From: Verrucomicrobiales bacterium
GTDB taxonomy: Bacteria > Verrucomicrobiota > Verrucomicrobiia > Verrucomicrobiales > SLCJ01
DNA length: 64,000 bases
Direction of reading: 5' to 3'
Assembly: GCA_046075565.1 (NCBI GenBank)
Contig: JBJTQJ010000112.1
Coordinates: forward strand, 1 to 64,000
Both the position numbers and the translations under genes were made by a program. The notes below the pieces were generated by a model. It saw nothing but the letters and a program-made list of their open reading frames with translations. It was not told the origin of the DNA and searched no databases. Below are positions 1-10,207 of this stretch, piece by piece (the first letter of the stretch is position 1; each line of letters begins with the position of its first letter).

Positions 1-26
1 TTGACGGCGTGAGCCGTCAAAGCCTC

Positions 27-202
27 GCCCGCATATCTCACACCTGTTCTACTGCGGCTTGCCCTTCCCCGCCGTGGCGGCGTTGCGCTTGCTCACTCCT
101 CGGGTAGTATGTTTCCATACAGCCCATCGTCCCTCGCCGCGCGCGCCTTGCCACACCGGGAAATGCCGGCGCCTCGTCACGAAAAGTGTGAGATATGCGG
201 GC
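27..202. mobile_element. MITE-like non-autonomous element with 17-bp terminal inverted repeats
   Basis: GCCCGCATATCTCACAC (27-43) and its exact reverse complement GTGTGAGATATGCGGGC (186-202); imperfectly self-complementary interior; no ORF. Confidence 0.6.
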
Positions 203-434
203 TAAAGCAAAGCGACAGGCAATCCCGCCAGCCCGACCAATATCTTTCCCTGCTCAACGGTCTTGGACGTGATTAACCAATCAACATTTGATTCCCATCT
301 AGGACACTGATCCAATTTTCAACCGGAACGATATGATCCGCTGGTTCGCTTCGCGTTCTGCCGAAATTTAGTCGTCGAGAGTGTCGAATTTTCAGGAAGA
401 AATTTTCGACGTGACAATTGGGAGGAATAAACCC

Positions 435-3400
435 ATGATGTGGCAGATGACCCTCCGCGCGCCCTCCATCGCTTGTCTGGCATTTCTTCTCCAAACCCCG
501 AGCCTGCTCAAGGCGGTGGATACGGATGGCAATGGGATTTGTGATGTGTGGACCGCCCGTTACGCGGCACAGGGTTTGGTGCCGGGCGAGGATTCCGATG
601 GTGATGGAAAGACCAACGAGGAGGAAGCGAAAGCGGGGACGGATCCGCGCGACCCGAGTCATTCTTTTGTCGTGGACTTTCTGGACGTGGCCGCGAATGT
701 CGATTTGGAAGTGCCGGCGCAACCGGGCAAACGCTACCGTCTTTTTTCGGCTCCCTTCCCGAACGGTCCATGGTCGCCCGTTGGACTTGCCGTCGTGGCC
801 AATGGCTCGCGGGTGGCATTTGACGACCCGGATTCAGTCGCCGGCAAGACGTTCTACCGAGTTGGGGTGGAGGATACGGATACCGATGGCGATGGAGTGT
901 CCGATTGGGCGGAGTTGCAGCTTGGTTTTAATCCGACGCTTGGCGACAGCTTTTCGAGCGGTAGTCCGAACGGAGATGGTGCAGCGGCGGTCGCTTGGGC
1001 GCAGGCGACCATGCAAGGTGGATTGAACATCACCACTGTGGTTGGAGATGCCTACGAAAAAGAAAACACAAATGCGCGTTTTACGTTCACGCGATCGGCA
1101 GGGGCATGGCCGTTCGCCGTATTCCTCCGTCCGGCGGGCGTTTCCCGTCCCGGAGCCGGCACCGCCGGGTCAGGAGAGTATAGCATCGAGGATGGAAATG
1201 GCGCCGCGGTGAGTCACCGACTCATCATCCCGGCCGGGCAATCAACGATGGACTTGGTGGTGAGACCCATGACGGATACAAAAACCGAAGTCCCTGAGGA
1301 GGTCCGCTGGACAGTGGGTGGCACGAGTCATGTGGTGACAGCTCGGGTTTGTGACGCGAAGCCCACGCCGGAAAACATTCGGCTTTTTGTTGCTTATCTC
1401 AAGCCGAGGCCGGGGGTAACGAGCTTGGGATCGGGGATGGCGAGCCTCCGCTTGGCAGGGGACAATGCCAAGGGTTCGTTGGTTGTTTCGTTCACCAATC
1501 TCAAAGCTCCGGCAAGTGCCTCTCAGCTGCTCGCTGAAGGTGGAGGCACCCTTCTCTCGGTTCCTCCCTCCGGTTATGGCGGCATCAACTGGCCGGTGGT
1601 AGCTGGCCAACAATACACGGCGGACCAATTGGTCCTTGATGCGTTGATCTCCGGAGAGCTTTCTTTCATGGTCTTCACCAGCGCGGCCACCGGCGGTGAA
1701 ATCGGCGCGAATTTCCAATGGGTGACCGGATCGACGGCTTTCCAGCTCCCAGCACCGCCTTCGCCGGTGCTCCCGGTCACGGGCGACGCCCTCGACCGTG
1801 AAATCGCGAGGTTCCTCACTGAGGCAACTTTTGGTCCAAACATGGACGATATCATTGCCATGCGGAATCGGGTGCAAACCCACGGGGGAGATCGCATTGC
1901 CGCCTTTGGTGCATGGATCGACGAGCAGCTTCTTCTGCCTTCTCCGTCGCATGAAGCTCTTACGCGTGCGGGCAACGAGAGGGAGTTTGCCGCGTATGCC
2001 AACCCCGATGATCCAACGAAAATCAATCTCGCCCGCGACCCCAACCAGACGAATCGTCGCGGGGCATGGTGGACCGTTGCAATGAACTCGCCGGCACAAC
2101 TCCGGCAGCGAATGGCCCATGCCCTCGGGCAAATCTTCGTGGTCTCCGAAGCGGACGCCCAGATCTACGAGCGCGCTTACGGGCTGGCAAATTACTACGA
2201 CATGCTGGCGGAACGCGGGAGTGGTTCTTTCAGGCACTTGCTGGAAGGCGTGAGCCTCCATCCGGTGATGGGCCACTATCTCTCCCACCTCCGGAACCAA
2301 AAGGCGATCATCAATGGTTCGGGTGTCGTGCTGGTGTCGCCGGATGAGAACTATGCGCGAGAGGTTATGCAGCTCTTCTCCATCGGGCTCGTGCGATTGT
2401 ATCCAGATGGTACCCTCGTGCTCGGCGCGGATGGACTACCGATTCCGACCTACACACAAAATGATATTACCGAACTAGCCCGCGTGTTTACCGGTTGGGC
2501 GTTCAGTGTCTATAACAACCCCAGCGCCAGCAACACGGTCGTCCCCAACACCGACTTCAATCGCACCGCAGGCAGCGAGCGTTTCGAGGACCGTTGGACG
2601 AATCCGATGAAGATGTTTCCGACCTTCCATGACACGGGTGCCAAGTCTTTCCTCGGTTTGAGTGTTCCGGCCAGTCAGACCGGTGAGCAGGATTTGGCGA
2701 TGGCTCTCGACCATCTCGCGGCCCATGCGAATACCGCGCCCTTCTTGGCCCGCCAGTTGATCCAGAGATTCACTTCGGCCAATCCATCTCCCGGCTATAC
2801 CCACCGGGTGGCGCAGGTTTTCACAACGAGCGGTGGCAACCTCGGCCAAACCATCAAGGCTTTGCTGCTGGATCCCGAGGCGAGGGACGCGTCACTGCCA
2901 CTCTCGGTTACTAGCGCTGGTAAACCGCGTGAACCCTTGTTGCGCCACGTGGGATTGTTGCGCGCCCTGGAAGCCAGGCCGGAGCTTCTGCTATCCGATC
3001 TTTCCAGTCACGGGTATCCGGCGGAGGAATTGGCAAAGTTTCCGGCGGGGGCGCGGCATGTCCGTTATTCCAACACGGATCAGGATCTGGTGCAGACCCC
3101 GATGGACGCGCCGAGTGTATTCAATTGGTATCGCCCGGATTTCGCCCCTCCCGGGCAACTTTCGGAGAATGGATTGAACGCGCCCGAGTTCCAGATTGCG
3201 AATGAGACCACCATCGTCAGAGGCATCAACTACCATTATTCTCCCATTTTTAGCGGCAACGGTCAATCAACAGTCGATTTTCCGGATTATGTCGGCAAAG
3301 GCTATACGCCCGATGCCGACCACATGAAGCCGAATTGGCAGCAACTCTCCAATCTCTATCTCTCCGAAACCGATACCACCGGTGATGGGATCTTCAATCA

Positions 3401-3674
3401 GAGCGATACCACGACTTTCAACAATCCCACCGCGTTGCGGGCCGCCGTGACCAAGGTCGTGGATCGTCTTGATCTGCTCCTTTGTGAGGGCTCTCTCAAA
3501 GCGAAATACGGGGATACGCCGGGCACTCCGCGCTCCATCCTCATCGACGGTGTCCTTTCGATTCGTTCAGGTTCGAACAATGATGCCACTGGCCAGGCGC
3601 GATCCATGGATGATCGGATCAAGGCCGCCGCGTATCTGATCACCAAGAATCCAGCTTTTGCCGTGCAAAAATAG
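435..3674 (+). CDS. DUF1800 family protein with N-terminal Ca-binding (DxDGDG) repeats, Calx-beta-like and CHRD-like regions
   Basis: Motifs RFLTEATFGP, QLRQRMAHALGQIFVVS, PDENYAREVMQLFSIGL, ELARVFTGW, APSVFNWYRPDF; GGAGG RBS before ATG 435 (ORF track starts at GTG 381). Confidence 0.85.
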   Translation: MMWQMTLRAPSIACLAFLLQTPSLLKAVDTDGNGICDVWTARYAAQGLVPGEDSDGDGKTNEEEAKAGTDPRDPSHSFVVDFLDVAANVDLEVPAQPGKRYRLFSAPFPNGPWSPVGLAVVANGSRVAFDDPDSVAGKTFYRVGVEDTDTDGDGVSDWAELQLGFNPTLGDSFSSGSPNGDGAAAVAWAQATMQGGLNITTVVGDAYEKENTNARFTFTRSAGAWPFAVFLRPAGVSRPGAGTAGSGEYSIEDGNGAAVSHRLIIPAGQSTMDLVVRPMTDTKTEVPEEVRWTVGGTSHVVTARVCDAKPTPENIRLFVAYLKPRPGVTSLGSGMASLRLAGDNAKGSLVVSFTNLKAPASASQLLAEGGGTLLSVPPSGYGGINWPVVAGQQYTADQLVLDALISGELSFMVFTSAATGGEIGANFQWVTGSTAFQLPAPPSPVLPVTGDALDREIARFLTEATFGPNMDDIIAMRNRVQTHGGDRIAAFGAWIDEQLLLPSPSHEALTRAGNEREFAAYANPDDPTKINLARDPNQTNRRGAWWTVAMNSPAQLRQRMAHALGQIFVVSEADAQIYERAYGLANYYDMLAERGSGSFRHLLEGVSLHPVMGHYLSHLRNQKAIINGSGVVLVSPDENYAREVMQLFSIGLVRLYPDGTLVLGADGLPIPTYTQNDITELARVFTGWAFSVYNNPSASNTVVPNTDFNRTAGSERFEDRWTNPMKMFPTFHDTGAKSFLGLSVPASQTGEQDLAMALDHLAAHANTAPFLARQLIQRFTSANPSPGYTHRVAQVFTTSGGNLGQTIKALLLDPEARDASLPLSVTSAGKPREPLLRHVGLLRALEARPELLLSDLSSHGYPAEELAKFPAGARHVRYSNTDQDLVQTPMDAPSVFNWYRPDFAPPGQLSENGLNAPEFQIANETTIVRGINYHYSPIFSGNGQSTVDFPDYVGKGYTPDADHMKPNWQQLSNLYLSETDTTGDGIFNQSDTTTFNNPTALRAAVTKVVDRLDLLLCEGSLKAKYGDTPGTPRSILIDGVLSIRSGSNNDATGQARSMDDRIKAAAYLITKNPAFAVQK

Positions 3675-3685
3675 AATCCCCGATC

Positions 3686-5272
3686 ATGAACCCTCCCATC
3701 AAAAATCATGAGAAGGAACGGCTCCGTGGGCGCCGTGACTTCCTGCGCCAAACTTCCTGCGCCGCTCTAGGAGTAACAGGTTTGGTTAATGCGCTTGCCC
3801 ATCTGCGATTGATGACGGCGGCCATGGCCCAGGGAGCGCCCGGCGGAGGATACAAAGCGCTGGTTTTCCTCTTCAAGAATGGAGGCAACGACTCCAACAA
3901 CATGATCGCGCCCTCCGCTGCTCCCGGGGATTCGCCAGCGCGGGCCGACTATGAAGCCGGGCGGGGGGTGCTCGCCCTGCCGAGTGCGAGTCTCCACCCA
4001 CTGAACATCCCTACGACCTGCCGGGCCTTCAATCAATACTATGCAGGCCAGATTCAACCACTGGGATTTCATCCTTCTGCCGAGGCGTTGGCGAGTCTCT
4101 TTAATCAGAATAAATTGGCTGTCGTGGCCAATGTCGGCACGCTGGCCTTCCCGGTGCCCTCACGTGCGGCCTACAGTTCCGGTCAAATAACCCTGCCATC
4201 GCAGCTATTCTCTCATTCGGATCAACAGATGCAGTGGCAGAGTTCTTTGCCGGATCGTCCGTTTACCAGTGGATGGGGTGGTCGCGCTGCTGATTTGCTG
4301 CACGGGTCCTACAATTCACCATCGGCCTCGAAGGTTTCCATGTCCATTTCCCTTGCCGGGGTGAACTCTTTCCAGATTGGCACCGGTGGAGATGTCGTGC
4401 AGTATGTGGTGCAACCCTCGGGCACGGTCAATCTCGCCGGGTATGGGACAAATTATGTAAACGCGCTCAATCCCGATGGAAGTTACAAAACAACCGACAC
4501 GGGCAAACGTTTCAAGGCCTTCGAGGATGTGATGCGCCTGACGCACGACAATCTGCACGAGGAAGAATACAACCGGATTCTCCGGCGCGCCCGCGCGACC
4601 GAGGGAATCATTGGGTCGGCCCTCGAAGTCACCGCGATCCCGGCTACATCCTCGACCCTCGATACCACGCTGGACACCCATTTTGCCCAAGCCAAGCACT
4701 CGCTTGGAGATCAATTGAAGATGGTGGCCAGACTCATTGCCGGACGCAGCCTCTTGGGAAATCAGCGCCAGATCTTTTTCGTGCAGGTCGGCGGTTACGA
4801 CACCCACCAGAATATGCTGGCCAGCCACGCGAACCTGATGTCGGAGCTCTCGACCGGGATGAAGGCTTTCCACGATGCCCTGAATTCCCCCGAAGTGAAT
4901 GCTTGGAATGAGGTGGTCACCTTCACCGCCTCGGATTTCAACCGAACCTTCACGCCGAACAACACGGATCCCAGCAAAGCCGGGAGCGACCATGCCTGGG
5001 GTGGCCACGCCCTCGTCATGGGCGGGGCTGTCCAAGGAGGCAATTTGTATGGGCAGTTTCCCATCCTCAAGACCGGGAATGCCACCGGTTCAATCGATGC
5101 GGGAAATAGCGGACGAGGGCGATGGATTCCGGGGACATCCGTGGATCAGTATTGCGCCCACATGGCCCGTTGGCTCGGAGTCGGTTCAAACGAATTGGCC
5201 GCCATTTTCCCGAACTTGCCGCGATTCGATGATCCATTCACGTCTTCGACCGCGAATCTCAACTTCCTGTGA
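3686..5272 (+). CDS. DUF1501 family protein, Tat-exported
   Basis: RRDFL Tat motif; GGNDSNN, LFSHSDQ, GGYDTH, SDFNRT, GSDHAWGG; directly follows DUF1800. Confidence 0.85.
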   Translation: MNPPIKNHEKERLRGRRDFLRQTSCAALGVTGLVNALAHLRLMTAAMAQGAPGGGYKALVFLFKNGGNDSNNMIAPSAAPGDSPARADYEAGRGVLALPSASLHPLNIPTTCRAFNQYYAGQIQPLGFHPSAEALASLFNQNKLAVVANVGTLAFPVPSRAAYSSGQITLPSQLFSHSDQQMQWQSSLPDRPFTSGWGGRAADLLHGSYNSPSASKVSMSISLAGVNSFQIGTGGDVVQYVVQPSGTVNLAGYGTNYVNALNPDGSYKTTDTGKRFKAFEDVMRLTHDNLHEEEYNRILRRARATEGIIGSALEVTAIPATSSTLDTTLDTHFAQAKHSLGDQLKMVARLIAGRSLLGNQRQIFFVQVGGYDTHQNMLASHANLMSELSTGMKAFHDALNSPEVNAWNEVVTFTASDFNRTFTPNNTDPSKAGSDHAWGGHALVMGGAVQGGNLYGQFPILKTGNATGSIDAGNSGRGRWIPGTSVDQYCAHMARWLGVGSNELAAIFPNLPRFDDPFTSSTANLNFL

Positions 5273-5784
5273 GCAGCGCTTCCCGCTTCCCGCTTCTATT
5301 GGCCGCCGGGTTGCTCGTGTTGGTAGCGTCTGTCCTGTTCTTGGTCTTTTCACCGGGGAAGGAAAGCGATCCGCCGCCCGAGGTTCCCTTATCCTCTTCC
5401 ATTCCCGTTACACCACCTCGTCCGCCGGTGACGGATCATCCGTCCATGGCCATGGTATCGGACCTTCTCTCGCCGGAGGTCGACGCGGAGCGGGATTTGG
5501 AAATCCTTGAAATACTTTTAAACGACTTCGCCCGCGCGCTTGGGGAAAATCCGGTGGGCGAGAATGATGAAATCATCGCCGCGCTCCAAGGGATGAATGC
5601 CAAGGGGCTGAGGTTTTTCCCCGCCCAACATCGAGCTCTCTCGCCGGAGGGCAAACTGCTCGACCGTTGGGGCACACCATGGTTCTTCCACGCCCTTTCT
5701 GGGAGAAGCATGGATATCATCTCGGCGGGTCCGGATGGTGAATTCGGCACGGGTGACGACCTGCGCGGTGAAAAGACGCGGTAG
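5269..5784 (+). CDS. membrane-anchored protein with GspG/pseudopilin-like C-terminal motif
   Basis: N-terminal TM; LDRWGTPW...SAGPDGEFGTGDD; GTGA overlap with the DUF1501 stop. Confidence 0.6.
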   Translation: MSSASRFPLLLAAGLLVLVASVLFLVFSPGKESDPPPEVPLSSSIPVTPPRPPVTDHPSMAMVSDLLSPEVDAERDLEILEILLNDFARALGENPVGENDEIIAALQGMNAKGLRFFPAQHRALSPEGKLLDRWGTPWFFHALSGRSMDIISAGPDGEFGTGDDLRGEKTR

Positions 5785-5829
5785 TCTTCGGTAGCGCCGA
5801 GAACCCCCCAAGAGGCACAAAGCTGCCGA

Positions 5830-7749
5830 TCAAACGGGGTTGCTTGCCGTGTCGTCCGTGCCAAATGATTTGGGCAAAGGAGGTGGCTCGGCAGGCTTTT
5901 TGTCTGCCACGAAGACGACCAGAATCATGAGGATGAGTTGGACGATGGCAAAGGTGACCAGCGCGATGTAGGCCGCTTCCATGAAGCCGTAGCTGTGCAA
6001 TCCGATGCCCAGCATGTTCGTGCCGAACCATGACCAGGCAGTCACGATATTGCCACCCATGGCAAGGACCATGAGTCCCTTCTCGCGGATCATGCCGCCC
6101 CATCGGGCGTGCAGGATGATGGCATTCCAGAGCACGATGAGTAGAGCCCCATTTTCTTTCGGATCCCATCCCCAGAAGCGTCCCCAGGACTGGTCGCCCC
6201 AGATACCGCCAAGGACCGTCCCGACGAAAGAAAAGAGAAGGGCGAAGCAGAGGACGCCATAGACGGCTCCTTGCACCACGCGTCGCATCTTCGCGTCGAA
6301 GAAACGGGCGCGGCAGAGATTCAGGATGAGCCAGAGAATGGCCATGAATCCGGCAAGGAAAACCGCGCAGTAGCCGAGTGTGATGATGAGCACATGGGTG
6401 GTGAGCCAGAAATTGCTGTCGAGCACGGCTTGTTTCACCTCGAGGGTATCACCATCGAAGGAAAGATGGTGGGCAATGAGCATGGTCCCGAAGCCGACGA
6501 GAGCGGCACATGCGCTGGCAATGCCGTTGCGGAGGAAGGCACGCTCAAGCACGAGGCAGAAAATGAGCACTCCCCAGCCGATGAAAATGGCGGAGGAATA
6601 CAGGTTGGTTACCGGGGGGCGGCCACTCAACCAAATCCGAATGATGATGCCAAGGCTGTGCACGACGAGGGTAAGCAAGAGGATGCGGAAGGCGCTGTCG
6701 AAGAGTGCGCGCGAACCAGTCAGCCATGCCGCGAGCACGACCAGGAAAGCCGCGACATAAAGCACCATGGAGACATAAAATGGCTCGAAATCATTGAACC
6801 ACGATTCGGAAGATGCCTTGTTCAAGCCCGCGAAATTTCTTTGGTCCAACCATTCCCGGTGGCGTTGGACCTCGGCATTGAACGAAGCGCCATTGTCTTC
6901 ACCGATCCGGTGCCAGGCATCGGCGATGCGGGCCCAGTTGTCTAGGGCGTCGTGGACGGCCCCGCGGGCAACTTCGTCCAGCACGACGGTTCCGATGTCG
7001 CTCCAATTTTCCAACGCGTCGAGTTTGTCGCGCGGAGGTATGGCATAGAAACCGTGCAAACGTTGCACCGATTGGAAGGCCTGCAGGACCATCGACATCT
7101 CGCGCACGGCGGCCTCGTCGTAACTTTCCCCGCGTTGCATCCGCGCGGTCGCCGGAATCACCCGTTCCACCAGCGAGGGTAAGGCATCCATCCTCGCCTT
7201 GTAGTCGCGCAGGCCGGGTGGTTGGATGCTGTGCATGAGCCGCCCGAGCACGGTCATGCGCTCGTAGAGCGCCATCACTTGTTTGTCCAAGACCGTGCGG
7301 TAATCCTTAGGCTTCTTTTCGGCGGCCATGACGATTTCCTGGATTTTGTCGGTGGCCGGTCCGACTTCGGAGATTGAGAAACGCTTTTCCTTAACCTCGC
7401 CTTGGCGGTTGAAGAGGGCCTTCACCTCGTCGTTTTCAACAAGCAGGACCCTGCGTTTTCCAGCGGCGGGAGCATCGAAGAGCACTTCGGCCAGCCACTC
7501 GTTGTGGTTCATTTCAACCGCCGCCGAAGCATCGGTGGCTTTCTCCCGCAAGGTGGCCTTGCCATTGATTTCGCGCAACGCATTGCGGGCGACCGTGTCG
7601 AGAGGTTTGATCCGCCCGCCGCTCACCACCGGAATTTGCCCGAAGGCATGGTAGTCCGGTCCGGTCTTTGGCGCCGCTGGCGGTTTGGCCTCGTACAAGA
7701 CGTAGATCAGGGCGAGGCCGAGCAGAAGAATGGGGAGGAATTTTTTCAT
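5830..7749 (-). CDS. ccsA: cytochrome c biogenesis protein CcsA/ResC (system II)
   Basis: WWD motif WGDQSWGRFWGWDPKE, GLHSYG, multiple TMs. Confidence 0.9.
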   Translation of the reverse strand: MKKFLPILLLGLALIYVLYEAKPPAAPKTGPDYHAFGQIPVVSGGRIKPLDTVARNALREINGKATLREKATDASAAVEMNHNEWLAEVLFDAPAAGKRRVLLVENDEVKALFNRQGEVKEKRFSISEVGPATDKIQEIVMAAEKKPKDYRTVLDKQVMALYERMTVLGRLMHSIQPPGLRDYKARMDALPSLVERVIPATARMQRGESYDEAAVREMSMVLQAFQSVQRLHGFYAIPPRDKLDALENWSDIGTVVLDEVARGAVHDALDNWARIADAWHRIGEDNGASFNAEVQRHREWLDQRNFAGLNKASSESWFNDFEPFYVSMVLYVAAFLVVLAAWLTGSRALFDSAFRILLLTLVVHSLGIIIRIWLSGRPPVTNLYSSAIFIGWGVLIFCLVLERAFLRNGIASACAALVGFGTMLIAHHLSFDGDTLEVKQAVLDSNFWLTTHVLIITLGYCAVFLAGFMAILWLILNLCRARFFDAKMRRVVQGAVYGVLCFALLFSFVGTVLGGIWGDQSWGRFWGWDPKENGALLIVLWNAIILHARWGGMIREKGLMVLAMGGNIVTAWSWFGTNMLGIGLHSYGFMEAAYIALVTFAIVQLILMILVVFVADKKPAEPPPLPKSFGTDDTASNPV

Positions 7750-8993
7750 GTCTGCGCGGGGGCTGCCGGGCGCTTCCGTTTGCCAAGGTGTTGCGCCAGA
7801 CTAAGAGTGAATTGAAGTGCGAGACCGATGGTGACGATCACGCAGGCGATGTAGGGGATGAGCCAACTTGGATTTTCAACCACTTGCAGAATCGTCGTGG
7901 TGTCGTTGTTCTTGTAGCTTGCTTGGTAGAAGGTAAAGCCACCATGGCGCAGCGGATGGTTCATCCAGATGCGGATGTCCCGGCCCTCGGGCAGCTCGGC
8001 TTCGGTAAGCGTGACGTAACTGGAGAAGTCCTTCGGAATCTCCGTGCCGGGGTATTTATTATGCTGGAAATCGCGCAGGGTGAGACTGAATGGTTTGTAG
8101 GCGCGGGTCCCGCGAAGATTGATGTCCCATGCGCGTCCGGCGGAATCGCGCAGGCGCTGCTCGATGTTGTTCAAATCGAAGAGTGCGGAGACCGCCCATG
8201 TTCCATGATTGCGGTCGCCTTCCATCAGACGGATGAGGGCGTAGGGCAGATTGCGTTCATCCATTTGTTTGGCCAGTTCCATGCGGCGGACCTTCATGCC
8301 CTGACCTTGCCCGCGATCCGCGTTCACCGGTAGCCAATCGCTGCCCGACACTTGATCCATGGCCGTGGCGAGCATCCCGTTTTCGAAAAAGTCGATGACC
8401 TCGATCCGGAAGGGGGACTCGGGTGGCGAAATCACCGCCCCGGGTTTCAGAAGGTGATCGGGGATTACGATGTGTTTTTCCCGCGTCGGATCGGTGCGAT
8501 CAACGATGGCCAGTTCGTAGTGATCCCTGACTATCGAATAATTGATGGTTTGCCCTTCGTCGATAATCATGTTCGACTCGCGGGCGCGCAGGCCGGTGAA
8601 GAGTTCGCCCAGAAGGATCAAGACGATGCCCGCGTGGATGAGTGAGATGCCGGCTTTTTTCCATGATAGCTTGAAGCGGGTCGCATGCGCTGCCACCAGA
8701 TTGATGAGAAACACAGTGCCGAGCAGATACCCTCCCGGTAGCCAGAGTCGGAAGACCGGTTTCGGAGGGATGAGGGCGCCACGAGCCTCGTCCCATCCGC
8801 CGCCCGAATAGAAATCATACCATGATATCCATTGCCGATAGTAGATTTGCACAACCTCATTCAGACCGATATGGATTTGCGCAATTGTCGACGCAAACAC
8901 CAATATCATGGCGAGGGCGAGCAAGACCACGGTGATCCGCAGGTCCCCGGCCACACGCAAGATAGAATGGAAAATACTCTTTTTCTCTGCCAT
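7746..8993 (-). CDS. ResB/CcsB-like cytochrome c biogenesis protein
   Basis: N-terminal TMs with conserved His (LIHAG); MNHPLRHGGFTFYQASY; overlaps the ccsA start. Confidence 0.8.
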   Translation of the reverse strand: MAEKKSIFHSILRVAGDLRITVVLLALAMILVFASTIAQIHIGLNEVVQIYYRQWISWYDFYSGGGWDEARGALIPPKPVFRLWLPGGYLLGTVFLINLVAAHATRFKLSWKKAGISLIHAGIVLILLGELFTGLRARESNMIIDEGQTINYSIVRDHYELAIVDRTDPTREKHIVIPDHLLKPGAVISPPESPFRIEVIDFFENGMLATAMDQVSGSDWLPVNADRGQGQGMKVRRMELAKQMDERNLPYALIRLMEGDRNHGTWAVSALFDLNNIEQRLRDSAGRAWDINLRGTRAYKPFSLTLRDFQHNKYPGTEIPKDFSSYVTLTEAELPEGRDIRIWMNHPLRHGGFTFYQASYKNNDTTTILQVVENPSWLIPYIACVIVTIGLALQFTLSLAQHLGKRKRPAAPAQT

Positions 8994-8996
8994 GGC

Positions 8997-10109
8997 TTAG
9001 CGAAGTTGCAGGGACGAGAGGAAGGCGACAAAGGATTCCCTCTGTGCCTCGAGATGCGTGTGGCTGCCGCGCACGCGGGCGACCCAGGTCGTTCCGCCTT
9101 CGTCCCAGATGGCGGCGAGGATGCGGGCGCGATCCGGTGTTTCACCCGTTCCGCTTTGATCGTAGAAGCGCACCTCCCTTGGGCCGGCTTTCACCGCCGA
9201 CAATACCCCGGCCGCCTCCGCATCGGGCATAGTGGACAGGCCGAGTTGCTGACGCCACATGTTCACGTTTTGGGCGTTGGTGCCACCGCTCAGGCGTATC
9301 AACGAGACATCGGCATCTTTCCCATCCGCTCCCGGAATGCGGAAGCTGGCGTCTCTCATGCCGGAAGCCGGCTGCTCTTCCCATCCGTTGGGGGCGACGA
9401 AACCCATTTTGACCGGAGCGGTTTGACCGGATGTAGATGGAGCGGGCGTGGCAGGCGGAGCGATAGGCGCCGACTTGGGGGCATCCCCGATTTGCAGCGT
9501 ATTGATGAATTCCCGGAAAGCCGTGCGCGAGGCTTCGAGTGCCGGGGTTTGGCCGGACATTTTGAAGAACCATGTTTCTGACGGCAAAGCGAGCACCGCC
9601 CCGAGCATGAAGCCGTTCGTGCCATCCGGACGAGTGCCGGACAATTCGCAAACACGCAGGGTTTGGCCACCGATTTGGACCGAACCGATTTCCTTCTCAA
9701 GCGCAGCCGCATCCAGCTCGGACAATCCGAGTTGGCGCCGCCAACGGTTCACGTTCGCGGTGAGGCCGCCCGCCGGGCCGGGATAGGCGGAGATTGTCAG
9801 TTCGGGTCGCGAACCGGCGGTTTCGGGGAGCCGGTAGTAGCCCTTGTTGATGAGATTGGTGAGGGGCTGTGTCTCCCAGGTGGACGGGGCCGCCCACTTC
9901 ACGGACACGCCGGATACCGCAGCCGCAGCCGCCGCGGCCGGACCCGCCTGCGAAGGTGTTCCCATGACGGGTTGCGGGGTCGCGGAGGCCCCCGGTGGCA
10001 CAATCACTTCATAGACGCGGATTTCATCCTTCCTTTTGCAAGAAACAAGCAAGAGGGCGACGCAAATCGCCGGGAGGGTAAGTGTCGTGCGTAGGAAATG
10101 GTATTTCAT
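8997..10109 (-). CDS. lipoprotein with two internal repeats, co-transcribed with ResB-like/ccsA
   Basis: Lipobox LLVSC; repeated domain (NVNRWRRQLGL / NVNMWRQQLGL); 3 bp from the next gene. Confidence 0.7.
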   Translation of the reverse strand: MKYHFLRTTLTLPAICVALLLVSCKRKDEIRVYEVIVPPGASATPQPVMGTPSQAGPAAAAAAAVSGVSVKWAAPSTWETQPLTNLINKGYYRLPETAGSRPELTISAYPGPAGGLTANVNRWRRQLGLSELDAAALEKEIGSVQIGGQTLRVCELSGTRPDGTNGFMLGAVLALPSETWFFKMSGQTPALEASRTAFREFINTLQIGDAPKSAPIAPPATPAPSTSGQTAPVKMGFVAPNGWEEQPASGMRDASFRIPGADGKDADVSLIRLSGGTNAQNVNMWRQQLGLSTMPDAEAAGVLSAVKAGPREVRFYDQSGTGETPDRARILAAIWDEGGTTWVARVRGSHTHLEAQRESFVAFLSSLQLR

Positions 10110-10207
10110 GACTGGCTGTGGGTGCGCGGGCCGGACCCGATTCGCGAATGCCGCATACGATACGCGCGGGGGAAACCTTGCGCCAATCCAGAGATTTCGA
10201 GACCAAA

